Shown here: piece after piece, positions 18,927 through 28,046 of the stretch
Numbering within the stretch: position 1 is the stretch's first letter
Layout of the letters: each line of letters starts with the position of its first letter
From: a virus
Lineage: Duplodnaviria > Caudoviricetes
Length of the DNA stretch: 53,254 nt
Strand: one strand, 5' to 3'
Virus record (IMG/VR): IMGVR_UViG_3300048686_001049
Location: 1 to 53,254 of that record
Made by a program: the position numbers and the translations under genes
Notes under the pieces: model-generated
Told to the model about the DNA's origin: nothing
The model's database searches: none
The model's input: the letters and a program-made list of their open reading frames with translations, nothing else

Positions 18927-20931
18927 GGACGGCTGCTGCCCTGAATCTGGCTTGGATTCCAGAATATCCGTAACTCGATTCATATTAACCGATTTATCAA
19001 GTTTAGAAAAATTAAATTTATTTAAATCAAAAAGAAAATTAAACTCACAACTAATTGAGTACAAATCGCTTGCCCAAAGAAACGGAAGTCAAAGGTCGAA
19101 AAAAAACAAGAAATCTGATTTTCAATTACTTAAAACAAAAAAATTGGGCCGGACAGCATTGAGTCTTCTTATCCCAGGGGATTCAGACCCAATACGCTCA
19201 CCTGTGAGGTCTGCTATTTACAGAACCCTTACCCCTGGTAAACCTAGTTTTTCTGGAAGCATACCAACTAAACCATCAAGAGGGTATCGATGTCCTGAGG
19301 GCTATCAGTACGGAGGTAGATTTACTGATTCACGTCTTTCTACTTGCGGCGCAAAACTATTTGACATACCATCTCCTTTGGGTTTGGCCTTAGCAACCCT
19401 AAGAAGACTTGCAAAAAAACCAAAATTTCCCGAAGTGCAAGCAAACCCCGTAACCGGTGTGCCTGTCGCTGGAAATTTAATAGAAACAAGAAGACCTCAA
19501 ATTCCAAAAGTTTCTTTAGCCAATTCAAGAGCCGCATCAATTGAAATAAAAGAGATGGTCAAACAAATAGGCCAACATAGTGGCAAGGTTGCCAGAATGG
19601 TTAGAAGAGATGGATTCACTCTGGAGCCGGTTGTTCCCGCAAAGGTTTTAAGGGCAATTCCAGACAACAGAGACATGGAGGGTGCGACTTATATTCTGTC
19701 GGCTTTGTCTCCGTCAGATATCGGCAATGATGAACTTGGATTACTTTCAAACACTGGCATAACTTCTCTTATTTACGTAATGCCTGGGGGCTCAACTCTT
19801 ACTTTAGGGAAAAGACGCAAACTCTCAATTGGTGAAAGACGAAAATTAGGAAGAACTGTGAATTCATCAATGACCATCAACAATTCAAGAGACCCCGGTG
19901 CTCGACTGAAAGCCGTAGCCAGAGAGACGGGCGATGGAATGAGTTATTCAGAAAACTTTGTTGGAATAAAAAATCCTAATCAAATTATTAACGGTAAGCC
20001 TAAATGGTCAATTGATGCGTTTAAAGCACAAAACAGAAAAACAAAAATCCCTAATTCGCAAAACATATCTAGGGAGTCAGCTTCTAATGAAGCCATAGCT
20101 GGAAAAATTAATTCGATAGAAAAAGCTATAGACCATTTGTCCTCTGGTGGTAGTTTGTCCAAAATATCACCGGCTATACTCTCTCAGGTTTTATCAAGTA
20201 GTTCAGATATTCAAATTCAAAGATTAGAAAACAATCAATCTTTGGTTACTTATGGCAATAAAAAGTATTTCCTACATACAGCACCTAGGCAGTATCAACA
20301 CATTGAGGAGCTTTTTGCCGCCGACATACAGCAATACATGGGACTTGAATCGCCGGATATTATTCTGGCTTCCGGCGAAGGTCCAGAGCGACCCTATCTC
20401 AGGGAGGATGTCGAAACAGCTTTTAGTGGAGCAAAATTTAACCCCCAAATTAAGTTTGATGACTTAGACCCCAAGGATGTTGCGGTAATTATGTTGTCAG
20501 ATTTTCTAACAGACCAAGAATCCAGGCCATTATCATCCATATATCCAATGGAGAGCACATCTGGTACTGTGCCGATGTTGGCTCAAAACAACTTATCCAA
20601 ATTAGTGGACTTAGATAAAATTTCTATTGTAAAAAGAAATAAAATGAATATAAAAGAGTTTTATAATAATTTTACTGGAAATTATTACTCAAAATATTAT
20701 CTTGCCTTAAAAGCTGAACAAAAAGTCGTTTTTAGAAAAACCCTAGACAAATTGATATCAAGAGCTAAAGCGGCAAGCCTTGCAGTAATGAGGGAAAGAT
20801 TTAATAAAAATGGTTTGTCTGCCGGAGAAAAACAGCATTTAAATATTCTTGAAAAATTGTTCGACGTAAGACTTGAGTCTTTAGTGAACTCAAAGAGGAG
20901 CATTATTGAGATGCTAGAAAAGCAAACATAA
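18913..20931 (+). CDS. Putative virion protein with RCP-x-G..FTD..C motif and degenerate HipA/PI4K-like kinase C-terminus
   Basis: 672 aa; EELFAADIQQYMGLESP and DVAVIMLSDFLTDQESR resemble a HipA-like fold without the DRH..N and DhG motifs. Confidence 0.65.
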   Translation: MILSKDGCCPESGLDSRISVTRFILTDLSSLEKLNLFKSKRKLNSQLIEYKSLAQRNGSQRSKKNKKSDFQLLKTKKLGRTALSLLIPGDSDPIRSPVRSAIYRTLTPGKPSFSGSIPTKPSRGYRCPEGYQYGGRFTDSRLSTCGAKLFDIPSPLGLALATLRRLAKKPKFPEVQANPVTGVPVAGNLIETRRPQIPKVSLANSRAASIEIKEMVKQIGQHSGKVARMVRRDGFTLEPVVPAKVLRAIPDNRDMEGATYILSALSPSDIGNDELGLLSNTGITSLIYVMPGGSTLTLGKRRKLSIGERRKLGRTVNSSMTINNSRDPGARLKAVARETGDGMSYSENFVGIKNPNQIINGKPKWSIDAFKAQNRKTKIPNSQNISRESASNEAIAGKINSIEKAIDHLSSGGSLSKISPAILSQVLSSSSDIQIQRLENNQSLVTYGNKKYFLHTAPRQYQHIEELFAADIQQYMGLESPDIILASGEGPERPYLREDVETAFSGAKFNPQIKFDDLDPKDVAVIMLSDFLTDQESRPLSSIYPMESTSGTVPMLAQNNLSKLVDLDKISIVKRNKMNIKEFYNNFTGNYYSKYYLALKAEQKVVFRKTLDKLISRAKAASLAVMRERFNKNGLSAGEKQHLNILEKLFDVRLESLVNSKRSIIEMLEKQT

Positions 20932-21713
20932 TGAATTCATTTTCGGTTATTTATGATGCTATAAGGAAAATCCCTTTTGCTCTTGCGTTTAAAAAAGATA
21001 ATCAAATAACTTTCCATGGAGTCAACTCACTTGGTGAATCTTGGGCCAGAGAGATGAACGAAAAGAAAGTAAGTGCATGCTGTTGGAATATCCCAAGTGG
21101 AATGGCTCGTTCTGCGTACAAGAGCTTCAATAAGGAGGAGGAGTATCTTCTAATTAAAAGTTTCAATATATCAAGCGACCAAATCGAGACAAAAAATCTA
21201 CCAACGATAGATGTTCAAAACAAAGAAAACATCACCCCTAAATCCGCTATAGGCGCAAAATCTTTTATAGAAAGACGCTTGTCAGTTAGTGGCAAGTCTG
21301 TAATTAAGCCTTTGTTGGTTAGTAGCTTGAGCCAACATGGAAGTGAAAACAAACAGATAAATCTAGAATATAAAGCAAAAGCGTTTACTGTCAACAGGAA
21401 AATTAGTTCTTTTGCGAATCTGGTTAAAGCTAAAAATCTTGGTTTTGATTCAACGACTAATTTGTTTAAAAACAAACCGTCTAATGAGTTGTCTGATTTT
21501 TCAGTACAAAAGACAATGGAAAGTATTGGATTTGGTATTTTGAGACGTTTTGGCCGCAAAAACCTAAACCAACAAGATTCTTCCTCGTTAAAGAGAAGGG
21601 TCAGTAGGCGTGTTAATAGTTTAACCGAAGCAGAAACTGAAGGTAAGAAAAGTTTAAATTTTGGTCAGAAAAAAAACAATTTGATTTACATGAGTGCTAG
21701 GTTCACGAAATGA
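20931..21713 (+). CDS. Hypothetical protein
   Basis: 260 aa, overlapping stop/start on both sides. Confidence 0.7.
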   Translation: MNSFSVIYDAIRKIPFALAFKKDNQITFHGVNSLGESWAREMNEKKVSACCWNIPSGMARSAYKSFNKEEEYLLIKSFNISSDQIETKNLPTIDVQNKENITPKSAIGAKSFIERRLSVSGKSVIKPLLVSSLSQHGSENKQINLEYKAKAFTVNRKISSFANLVKAKNLGFDSTTNLFKNKPSNELSDFSVQKTMESIGFGILRRFGRKNLNQQDSSSLKRRVSRRVNSLTEAETEGKKSLNFGQKKNNLIYMSARFTK

Positions 21714-22810
21714 AAAAACCAAAATCTCAATTAAATGAAAAAATACAAGCCCTAAATGTCGCCAAAATGATTGGCTGCAGTGGTGCCCATAGAACAGCTG
21801 ATGGCGTTTGGATGCCATGTGAGTCTCACGAAATTCTCAATGAGATATCTACGGTAGCGGAATCTTCTAGGTGGCGGACCGTTGTCCCTGGGTCGAGGCC
21901 AGAGAGAATCCAAAAAAAATCCTTGGATGAATGGTTCAAAGAAAAATGGGTCGACATTTCTAGGCCAAAAAAGGGAGGCGGATTTGAGCCTTGCGGAAGA
22001 GGGGATGCCAAAAAAGGCGCGTACCCTAAATGCGTGCCAGCATCCAAGGCTGCATCAATGACTGCCGCCGAAATAGCATCTGCCGTTAGAAGAAAAAGAA
22101 AGGCAGAATCTACTCAAAAGAGAAGAGGTAAAAAACCAATTTATGTTCCAACAGAAAAGAAAAATCTTGATGCTTTGGGCTTAAATGAAAAAGCCGCTAT
22201 ACCTACAAACCCTGAATTGTATGCACGAGTTAAGGCTAAGGCAAAAAGAAAATTTGATGTGTATCCTTCTGCCTACGCCAATGCTTGGTTAGTTCGTGAG
22301 TACAAGCGAAGAGGTGGCGGATATAGGTCAGATGAAACTTCACAAAAAAGTAGTCAAGAAGACGCTCGCAGATTTACTCGGATGAAAAAGGGTAGAAAAT
22401 ACAAGAAAAGAAGAAACCTCCCAATGCATACCGGAGTAATACACCTTGACGGAGTAGGTCTTGTTTCCGATAGCGGAATTTCCATGAAATCTGAAATAAA
22501 ATCTTTAAATAGGGGTCCTGAGTACGTAAGAGAAACAGACCCAGATGTATTTTTAGACCCAGAATCAGCAAGATTTAGGTCGCGACAACTTGGCTGCATC
22601 GGGATAAGCAGAAGAATTTCAAAAAACGGGAGAGCCGTTTGGATGCCATGCACAAATATGACTGATTATTCAAGGCTTTCTGGAACCACATCCCTTGGCA
22701 GAAGACATCAAAGAGAAAACAGCCAATCCATGGTTAGGACCATCTTGCGTCAAGAGTTAAGTAAATTAAAAAGAAAAAAATCAATTTGCGAAGAGATTTT
22801 ACAAAAATAA
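21710..22810 (+). CDS. Basic multi-motif head-associated protein (DUF5872-like)
   Basis: WFKEKWVDISR...CGR...YPKCVP and LYARVK...FDVYPSAYANAWLVREYKRRGG motifs; two GC.G...WMPC repeats. Confidence 0.7.
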   Translation: MKKPKSQLNEKIQALNVAKMIGCSGAHRTADGVWMPCESHEILNEISTVAESSRWRTVVPGSRPERIQKKSLDEWFKEKWVDISRPKKGGGFEPCGRGDAKKGAYPKCVPASKAASMTAAEIASAVRRKRKAESTQKRRGKKPIYVPTEKKNLDALGLNEKAAIPTNPELYARVKAKAKRKFDVYPSAYANAWLVREYKRRGGGYRSDETSQKSSQEDARRFTRMKKGRKYKKRRNLPMHTGVIHLDGVGLVSDSGISMKSEIKSLNRGPEYVRETDPDVFLDPESARFRSRQLGCIGISRRISKNGRAVWMPCTNMTDYSRLSGTTSLGRRHQRENSQSMVRTILRQELSKLKRKKSICEEILQK

Positions 22811-22962
22811 AATATTTATTGACATTCTTTTCTCTTAAACACAACTAGTTGCACTATAGGTGCAAAATGCCTGCTAATTTTGATAACTAGGGCTGGGTGC
22901 TTACCTAAGCCACGAAAAATAAATATTAAACCCAACCCTCAAATTTCAATAGGAGAAATATC

Positions 22963-24318
22963 ATGTCGCAAGACAATAAGAGAGTCGAAGAACTGCAATC
23001 AGCTCTTCGCACAAAAATGGCAGAAAACAAGGCAATTGCTGATTCTTTTAAAATCGAAGAAGGCACAGTAGTCGTCTCTGCAGAGCAGAAATCAGCGTTC
23101 GACAAGAACATGGTTGACATCAAAGAAATCAAGAGTCTCATCTCTGGTTTGTCGGCAATGGAAGAAGTTGACCAGTGGGCATCACAGCCACAAAGTTCAG
23201 TAGCAGGCGCATATGCTTCTGCAGCTGCAGGTGTTCAACAACTCACAAGCCGCGAAATCAAGACAATCGGCGAAATGTTCCTTGACTCACCAGAGTTCAA
23301 GTCACTCGCCAATGGTCGCAACGGCTACAACATGTCATCACCATGGCAGGTAGCTGCATCGTTGACTCAACACAACTACGGAGTCAAAGATGTCTTCAGT
23401 GCAATGCCAACAGTTGGTGCAATTGCTCGTGGTTCGGGTCTCGGCGACTTCGGCACCATTCAGCGTGACCCAATGGTGACACCACCGATGCGCACAAAGC
23501 GTGTTCGTGACCTGTTCCCAGTTCGCACAACAACAGCATCGGTCATCGAGTACTTCCGTCAAGTTGGATTTACCTCGGTTTCAGGCGCACCAACCAACAA
23601 CGCTGCATCAGTTGCTGAGCGTTCAGGTAACGCCTTTACCGCTAAGCCACAATCTGGTTTCTCGTTTGTTGGTGAGCAAGTAGCAGTGAAGACATTGGCT
23701 CACTGGGAGGCTGCACACCGCAACGTCCTTGCTGATGAACCACAGCTGCGTTCAATCATTGACAATGAGTTGATGTACGGTCTTCGTCTTCTTGAAGACC
23801 AACAAATCCTCAACGGTGACGGTGCAGGAGAAAACCTTAAGGGTATTCTTCAGACATCAGGCATCCAGACTTACCTCTGGTCGTCGGGTGCTTCGGCTCC
23901 AGTCAAAGACACACGAGCAGACGCAATTCGTCGTGCAGCAACACTCGCTTACTTGGCCTACTACGAGCCAAGCGGCGTTGTTGTTCACCCATCGGATTGG
24001 GAAAAACTCGAATTGGCAAAGGACGCACAAGGTCAGTACCTGATTGCTCTTTCAGTAGCAATGGGTGGCGAACCAAAGGTGTGGAGAATGCCAGTTGTTG
24101 ACACACCAGCAATCGCACAGGGCACCTGCTTGACAGGCGCCTTCGGCACGGGAGCTCAGCTCTACGACCGTGAGCAGGCAAACATTCGCATCAGCGAACA
24201 GCATTCGGATTTCTTTATCCGCAACGCAATTGTTATCTTGGCAGAGCAAAGACTCGCTCTTGCTGTCAAGCGACCAGAAGCGTTCGTGAAGGTAACATTC
24301 GACAACGCTCCAGCCTGA
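22963..24318 (+). CDS. Major capsid protein, HK97 fold
   Basis: AGGAG RBS; coiled-coil delta domain; RVRDLFP, AASVAE..AKPQS, VKTLAHW, LADEPQLRSII, EDQQILNGDG, VHPSDW, F.RNAIVILAEQRLALAVKRPEAFV; strong codon bias; followed by a terminator. Confidence 0.95.
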   Translation: MSQDNKRVEELQSALRTKMAENKAIADSFKIEEGTVVVSAEQKSAFDKNMVDIKEIKSLISGLSAMEEVDQWASQPQSSVAGAYASAAAGVQQLTSREIKTIGEMFLDSPEFKSLANGRNGYNMSSPWQVAASLTQHNYGVKDVFSAMPTVGAIARGSGLGDFGTIQRDPMVTPPMRTKRVRDLFPVRTTTASVIEYFRQVGFTSVSGAPTNNAASVAERSGNAFTAKPQSGFSFVGEQVAVKTLAHWEAAHRNVLADEPQLRSIIDNELMYGLRLLEDQQILNGDGAGENLKGILQTSGIQTYLWSSGASAPVKDTRADAIRRAATLAYLAYYEPSGVVVHPSDWEKLELAKDAQGQYLIALSVAMGGEPKVWRMPVVDTPAIAQGTCLTGAFGTGAQLYDREQANIRISEQHSDFFIRNAIVILAEQRLALAVKRPEAFVKVTFDNAPA

Positions 24319-24333
24319 TAACTAAGTAAACAC

Positions 24334-24380
24334 AAACCCCACGCCCCCAGTAATGGGTAAGCGTGGGGTTTTTGTTTTTG
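24334..24380 (+). terminator. Rho-independent terminator after the MCP gene
   Basis: Stem AAACCCCACGC / GCGTGGGGTTT followed by TTGTTTTTG. Confidence 0.85.
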
Positions 24381-24395
24381 TGAGACAATAGTTGT

Positions 24396-24797
24396 ATGCA
24401 AAGATTTTGGTACGGAGCGACAATACTGGGTGTCGTCGACGGAGACACTGTCGACTTGATGGTGGACTTAGGTTTTAATGTCCACCATAAAATAAGAGTT
24501 CGCCTTTACGGTATTAATACACCGGAATCAAGAACCAAAGACTTAAAGGAAAAAGAACTAGGGCTCAAAGCAAAGAAGTTTGTTGAAGACTGGTGCTCAA
24601 ATCATAAATGGGTATTTGTGAACACAATTCCTGACAAAAACGATAAATATGGACGTGTATTAGCACGAATATATTCATCGGATAATATAGACAGCCCTCA
24701 GACAGCCTGCCTAAATATAGACATGATTCAGTCGGGCAACGCCAGAGAGTATTTTGGTGTTGGAGACAAAACTTGGGCTGAGTTCAAAACTAAATAA
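24396..24797 (+). CDS. Thermonuclease (staphylococcal nuclease-like)
   Basis: VVDGDTVD...RVRLYGINTPE...DKYGRVLA...MIQSGNA. Confidence 0.9.
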   Translation: MQRFWYGATILGVVDGDTVDLMVDLGFNVHHKIRVRLYGINTPESRTKDLKEKELGLKAKKFVEDWCSNHKWVFVNTIPDKNDKYGRVLARIYSSDNIDSPQTACLNIDMIQSGNAREYFGVGDKTWAEFKTK

Positions 24798-24820
24798 CCT
24801 CAATGTGGGATAATTAATGC

Positions 24821-25093
24821 ATGAAAAAAGACCTTTTTGTAAATGTCCTTCTTAGAATTCTTGCTACTTTTGCAGCATCTGGTCTTGGCGTTATCGGCGC
24901 AGGAACGATTGCTGGTGTTCCAGTACTCAAGGCCGTCTTTATGGCTGGAATTGCAGGGGTTGCAGTAGTTGTAGAAGGTTTGTCTCGCGCCTTCCTTGAA
25001 GACGGCAAATTATCGCATGCAGAAATAAATGAAGTGTTCAACAAAGTTGACAAAAAATCGCCAGCGAAGGCAAAAGCGAATGAAGCGGTTTAG
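24821..25093 (+). CDS. Small membrane protein, holin-like
   Basis: Two hydrophobic segments and a charged C-tail (DGKLSHAEIN). Confidence 0.6.
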   Translation: MKKDLFVNVLLRILATFAASGLGVIGAGTIAGVPVLKAVFMAGIAGVAVVVEGLSRAFLEDGKLSHAEINEVFNKVDKKSPAKAKANEAV

Positions 25094-25295
25094 TCTTGGG
25101 TTGGTTATTACTTTTTTGCTTACTGGCTGCGGTTACGACGGTAGTTATCGCTATTCTTGTCAAGACCCAACAAATTGGGGGAAAAAAGAGTGTGAACCAC
25201 CTCTATGTGAAGTGGATGGAAACTGCACAGAAGTTCTGCTTGGTTGGGACCCAACAGAACCAAAAGTAAAAACCACACAAAATACAGGAGACTGA
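25080..25295 (+). CDS. Small Cys-rich lipoprotein
   Basis: ATG at 25080: MKRFSLGLVITFLLTG-C lipobox, then YRYSCQDP..W...EC.PP.C...C. Confidence 0.75.
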   Translation: MKRFSLGLVITFLLTGCGYDGSYRYSCQDPTNWGKKECEPPLCEVDGNCTEVLLGWDPTEPKVKTTQNTGD

Positions 25296-25296
25296 A

Positions 25297-25959
25297 ATGG
25301 CTGAGAGAAATGGTTGGGGTATCGTTTACCATCGCTCAGATTGTGGTGACGATTATGTGAGAATGTATGGTTTGGGTGGCGATGCACCAGGTTCATGCTG
25401 TGATACATGGGGGCTTACTAGCCACGCAATAAGATACGTCCACGAACATCCCGAAAAAAATCACACACTTGAAGACTTGCTTGCCTTAGAAATAGTAGAC
25501 GGCTACGAAATAGTAAAAGCAGGAGTAATTGACGCATACCATTGGGTGGATGAAAACGCTTGCAACTTAGCGATAACCGCACTAGTCAATGCGGCGGTAT
25601 TTGCCGCGTTTGGACCAGAGCAACCTGAAGGTGCCGCAACATCAACCACTCTGTCATTGATGGCAGAGCCAATTCTTTGGATTGAAGACAAAGCAGAAAA
25701 AGCAGTTGTAGTAAAAGCAATGACCGAAATAATTGCTGATGCATTTTTGCTTATTCCAGAAGTCAGTAACAGCATTGACCATTCACTGCTAGACAACATA
25801 ATTTCAAATTGTCTGGCTGAAAGTTTGAAACATACAGAACTGTGGGCAACACCAGCGGGTGTTTTCATTGCAATTGGGGCGGCATTTGCGCCTGTTATTG
25901 CAGATTTAATTTGTAAAAAAACCTGTCCTCAAGGATTTACGAAAGCGTTTGGAGCATAA
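25297..25959 (+). CDS. Hypothetical protein
   Basis: AGGAG RBS, 220 aa, hydrophobic segments. Confidence 0.75.
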   Translation: MAERNGWGIVYHRSDCGDDYVRMYGLGGDAPGSCCDTWGLTSHAIRYVHEHPEKNHTLEDLLALEIVDGYEIVKAGVIDAYHWVDENACNLAITALVNAAVFAAFGPEQPEGAATSTTLSLMAEPILWIEDKAEKAVVVKAMTEIIADAFLLIPEVSNSIDHSLLDNIISNCLAESLKHTELWATPAGVFIAIGAAFAPVIADLICKKTCPQGFTKAFGA

Positions 25960-26270
25960 TGTTTAAGATAAGTAACTCTAATAACCGTCCTCGTTTGACG
26001 CCAACAGAACTAGATGCCCGCCTCAAATTTGTGGTCGGCTGTGTTCTTGGTTTTGTTCTTTTGATTACAACCGTTGGTGTTCTTTGGGCATTGGTGTTTG
26101 TGACTCAACCAATTGGTGCACAGGCAGAGAATGACAAAATGTTCTTTGGGGTTCTTTCTTCTGTGGCGACCTTCATTACAGGCACCCTTGCGGGCATTAT
26201 GATTTCAACAGGGCGTAGCCCTGAAAGTAAAAGCAATAATGGAACATCTGACTCCGAAGGGTCAGAGTAA
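25959..26270 (+). CDS. Two-TM membrane protein
   Basis: Two long hydrophobic helices; TAATG overlap. Confidence 0.75.
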   Translation: MFKISNSNNRPRLTPTELDARLKFVVGCVLGFVLLITTVGVLWALVFVTQPIGAQAENDKMFFGVLSSVATFITGTLAGIMISTGRSPESKSNNGTSDSEGSE

Positions 26271-26294
26271 CCCTAATTCAGAAAGCGATTCATT

Positions 26295-27503
26295 ATGAAT
26301 GACGAAGATATTCTTCTAGAAGAATTATTACTAATTGAGCAGCAATTAAAAATTGCTTGTTGCGGTGATACTCAATCAAAGTCAGATGAATCAACTAATG
26401 AAGACACCGACAGAGAAATAAAAAATATAGAAGAAAAAGGACTTCCATGTTGGGAGGGCTACATCCAGGTGGGAATGAAAAAGGGAAAAGATGGGAAAAT
26501 GGTTCCCAACTGTGTCCCAATTAAAAAGAAGACAGAAACAGACGAAATAGAAATATCTGAAAAATCCGAAAAACAAAAAATACGTGACCCGAAAGGTGGG
26601 CTAACAGCTGCCGGTAGGGCTTATTTCAAACGAACAGAAGGCGCGAATCTTAAGCCAGGAGTAAAAGGTGCCGCAAACACCCCAGAAAAAATGCGTCGAA
26701 AAGGTTCATTTTTAACAAGGTTTTTTACCAACCCATCAGGCCCACTTGTTGACGAAAAAGGACGAGCAACTCGTTTGGCTTTGTCTGCAGCGGCTTGGGG
26801 TGAACGTGTTCCCAAGAACGCAGAAGATGCAGCTCGTCTTGCCGAAAAAGGAAGAAATCTTCTCGAAAGATACAAAAACATAAAAGAAAAATCAGACGAA
26901 CTAGACATGGAAATTAAAAATCTTGGTCAATCAATTGGACAGATGGCTGGAGTATCCCCAACATCTAATCAAGCAGTAGACCACGATGGCGATGGAATGA
27001 TTTTTGACGGAACACCACAAGAGCAAAGAGCTCCATACAAAAAACAAAGCAATACTGCATACGAAAAAGCTCGTAGAAAATTTGTTCGCGCAGAACTTGC
27101 ACGTCAAGGAATAAAGCGTAATGCAAAAGTGGGAGACCGTTCTAAGGCGGAACGAGATGCCCGAGCACGCGCACGAGCAAAATATGACCAAATGACAAGA
27201 GCTGTTGGTGAGGAAAAACAAAACGAAATTGACAGGGCTAAAAAGAGGACACCAGCAACAACCAATCCAAAACCTGCCGACAGATACCCGAACCCATCTT
27301 CTGATAGAAGCAGGAAACCAGCTGACAGATACCCGAATCCACCAAACGCGGATAGAGGTAGAAAACCGGCCGACAGATACCCAAATCCATCTTCAGATAG
27401 AAGCAGGAAACCAGCTGACAGATACCCGAATCCTGGGAAAAAATATCCCCCGGGTCAAAAACCATCCGCGCCAAAACCTCCTCGCGACATAAGAGGTTTC
27501 TAG
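26295..27503 (+). CDS. Multi-motif putative head protein (CW.GY...VPNCVP, DUF6321-like, DxDGDG motif, C-terminal repeats)
   Basis: CWEGYIQVGMK...VPNCVP; DPKGGLTAAGR...NLKPGV...RRKGSF; DHDGDGMIFDGT. Confidence 0.75.
   Translation: MNDEDILLEELLLIEQQLKIACCGDTQSKSDESTNEDTDREIKNIEEKGLPCWEGYIQVGMKKGKDGKMVPNCVPIKKKTETDEIEISEKSEKQKIRDPKGGLTAAGRAYFKRTEGANLKPGVKGAANTPEKMRRKGSFLTRFFTNPSGPLVDEKGRATRLALSAAAWGERVPKNAEDAARLAEKGRNLLERYKNIKEKSDELDMEIKNLGQSIGQMAGVSPTSNQAVDHDGDGMIFDGTPQEQRAPYKKQSNTAYEKARRKFVRAELARQGIKRNAKVGDRSKAERDARARARAKYDQMTRAVGEEKQNEIDRAKKRTPATTNPKPADRYPNPSSDRSRKPADRYPNPPNADRGRKPADRYPNPSSDRSRKPADRYPNPGKKYPPGQKPSAPKPPRDIRGF
27270..27434 (+). repeat. Four coding tandem repeats KPADRYPNP (period 45/48/45 nt)
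   Basis: Copies start at 27270, 27315, 27363 and 27408. Confidence 0.9.
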
Positions 27504-27531
27504 TCGCATAACGAAGATTAGGACAAAAGAA

Positions 27532-27870
27532 ATGCCAGCTCCATCAAGAAAAAAGAAACGCGAAGAAACAAGGTCTAATGAAGAAATTGCCTTAACTTCA
27601 GCAATGAATTCAGAATACAACATAATGCACCCAATGGTTAATGCTGAATATGTCCGTGTTCGTAATCCCCTAACAGGTCTTGACCCATCTTTTAAAACCA
27701 ATTCAGAATCTTTTCGTAATTTAGTATTAGAGCTATGTGATAAAGGTCTAGATAAAAAACTTTCTAAAGAATTTGATGAGTTTTCTGTGAACTATGATTC
27801 TAAATGGTCTTTGATAAAAGAATTTGCGATGCGTCCAACCGCGAAGACTGTAGTAGATGACGATGTATAA
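27532..27870 (+). CDS. Hypothetical protein
   Basis: 112 aa ORF in a co-oriented gene run, AGGA upstream. Confidence 0.65.
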   Translation: MPAPSRKKKREETRSNEEIALTSAMNSEYNIMHPMVNAEYVRVRNPLTGLDPSFKTNSESFRNLVLELCDKGLDKKLSKEFDEFSVNYDSKWSLIKEFAMRPTAKTVVDDDV

Positions 27871-28042
27871 TAATTTAGAAAAAACACAAATTTTACCAAT
27901 GGTCTGCAAACATTGTAGGTGGCCAATACACGAAGAACCCTATAAAGAGTTCACTGTTTGGCTTGATTATCAAGGTGATGGAATATTTTGTGGCAGACGG
28001 AACAAAGGCTTGCCGCATGAGCCAAAAGAGAATGGGGTATAG
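27857..28042 (+). CDS. Small Cys/His protein
   Basis: CKHC...C...H, fills the gap between neighbours. Confidence 0.55.
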   Translation: MTMYNNLEKTQILPMVCKHCRWPIHEEPYKEFTVWLDYQGDGIFCGRRNKGLPHEPKENGV

Positions 28043-28046
28043 CAAA

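Noticed and set aside
27270-27434. Repeat array as CRISPR
   Set aside because: In-frame coding repeats with no unique spacers and no cas genes; the 53019 repeat likewise has no spacers.
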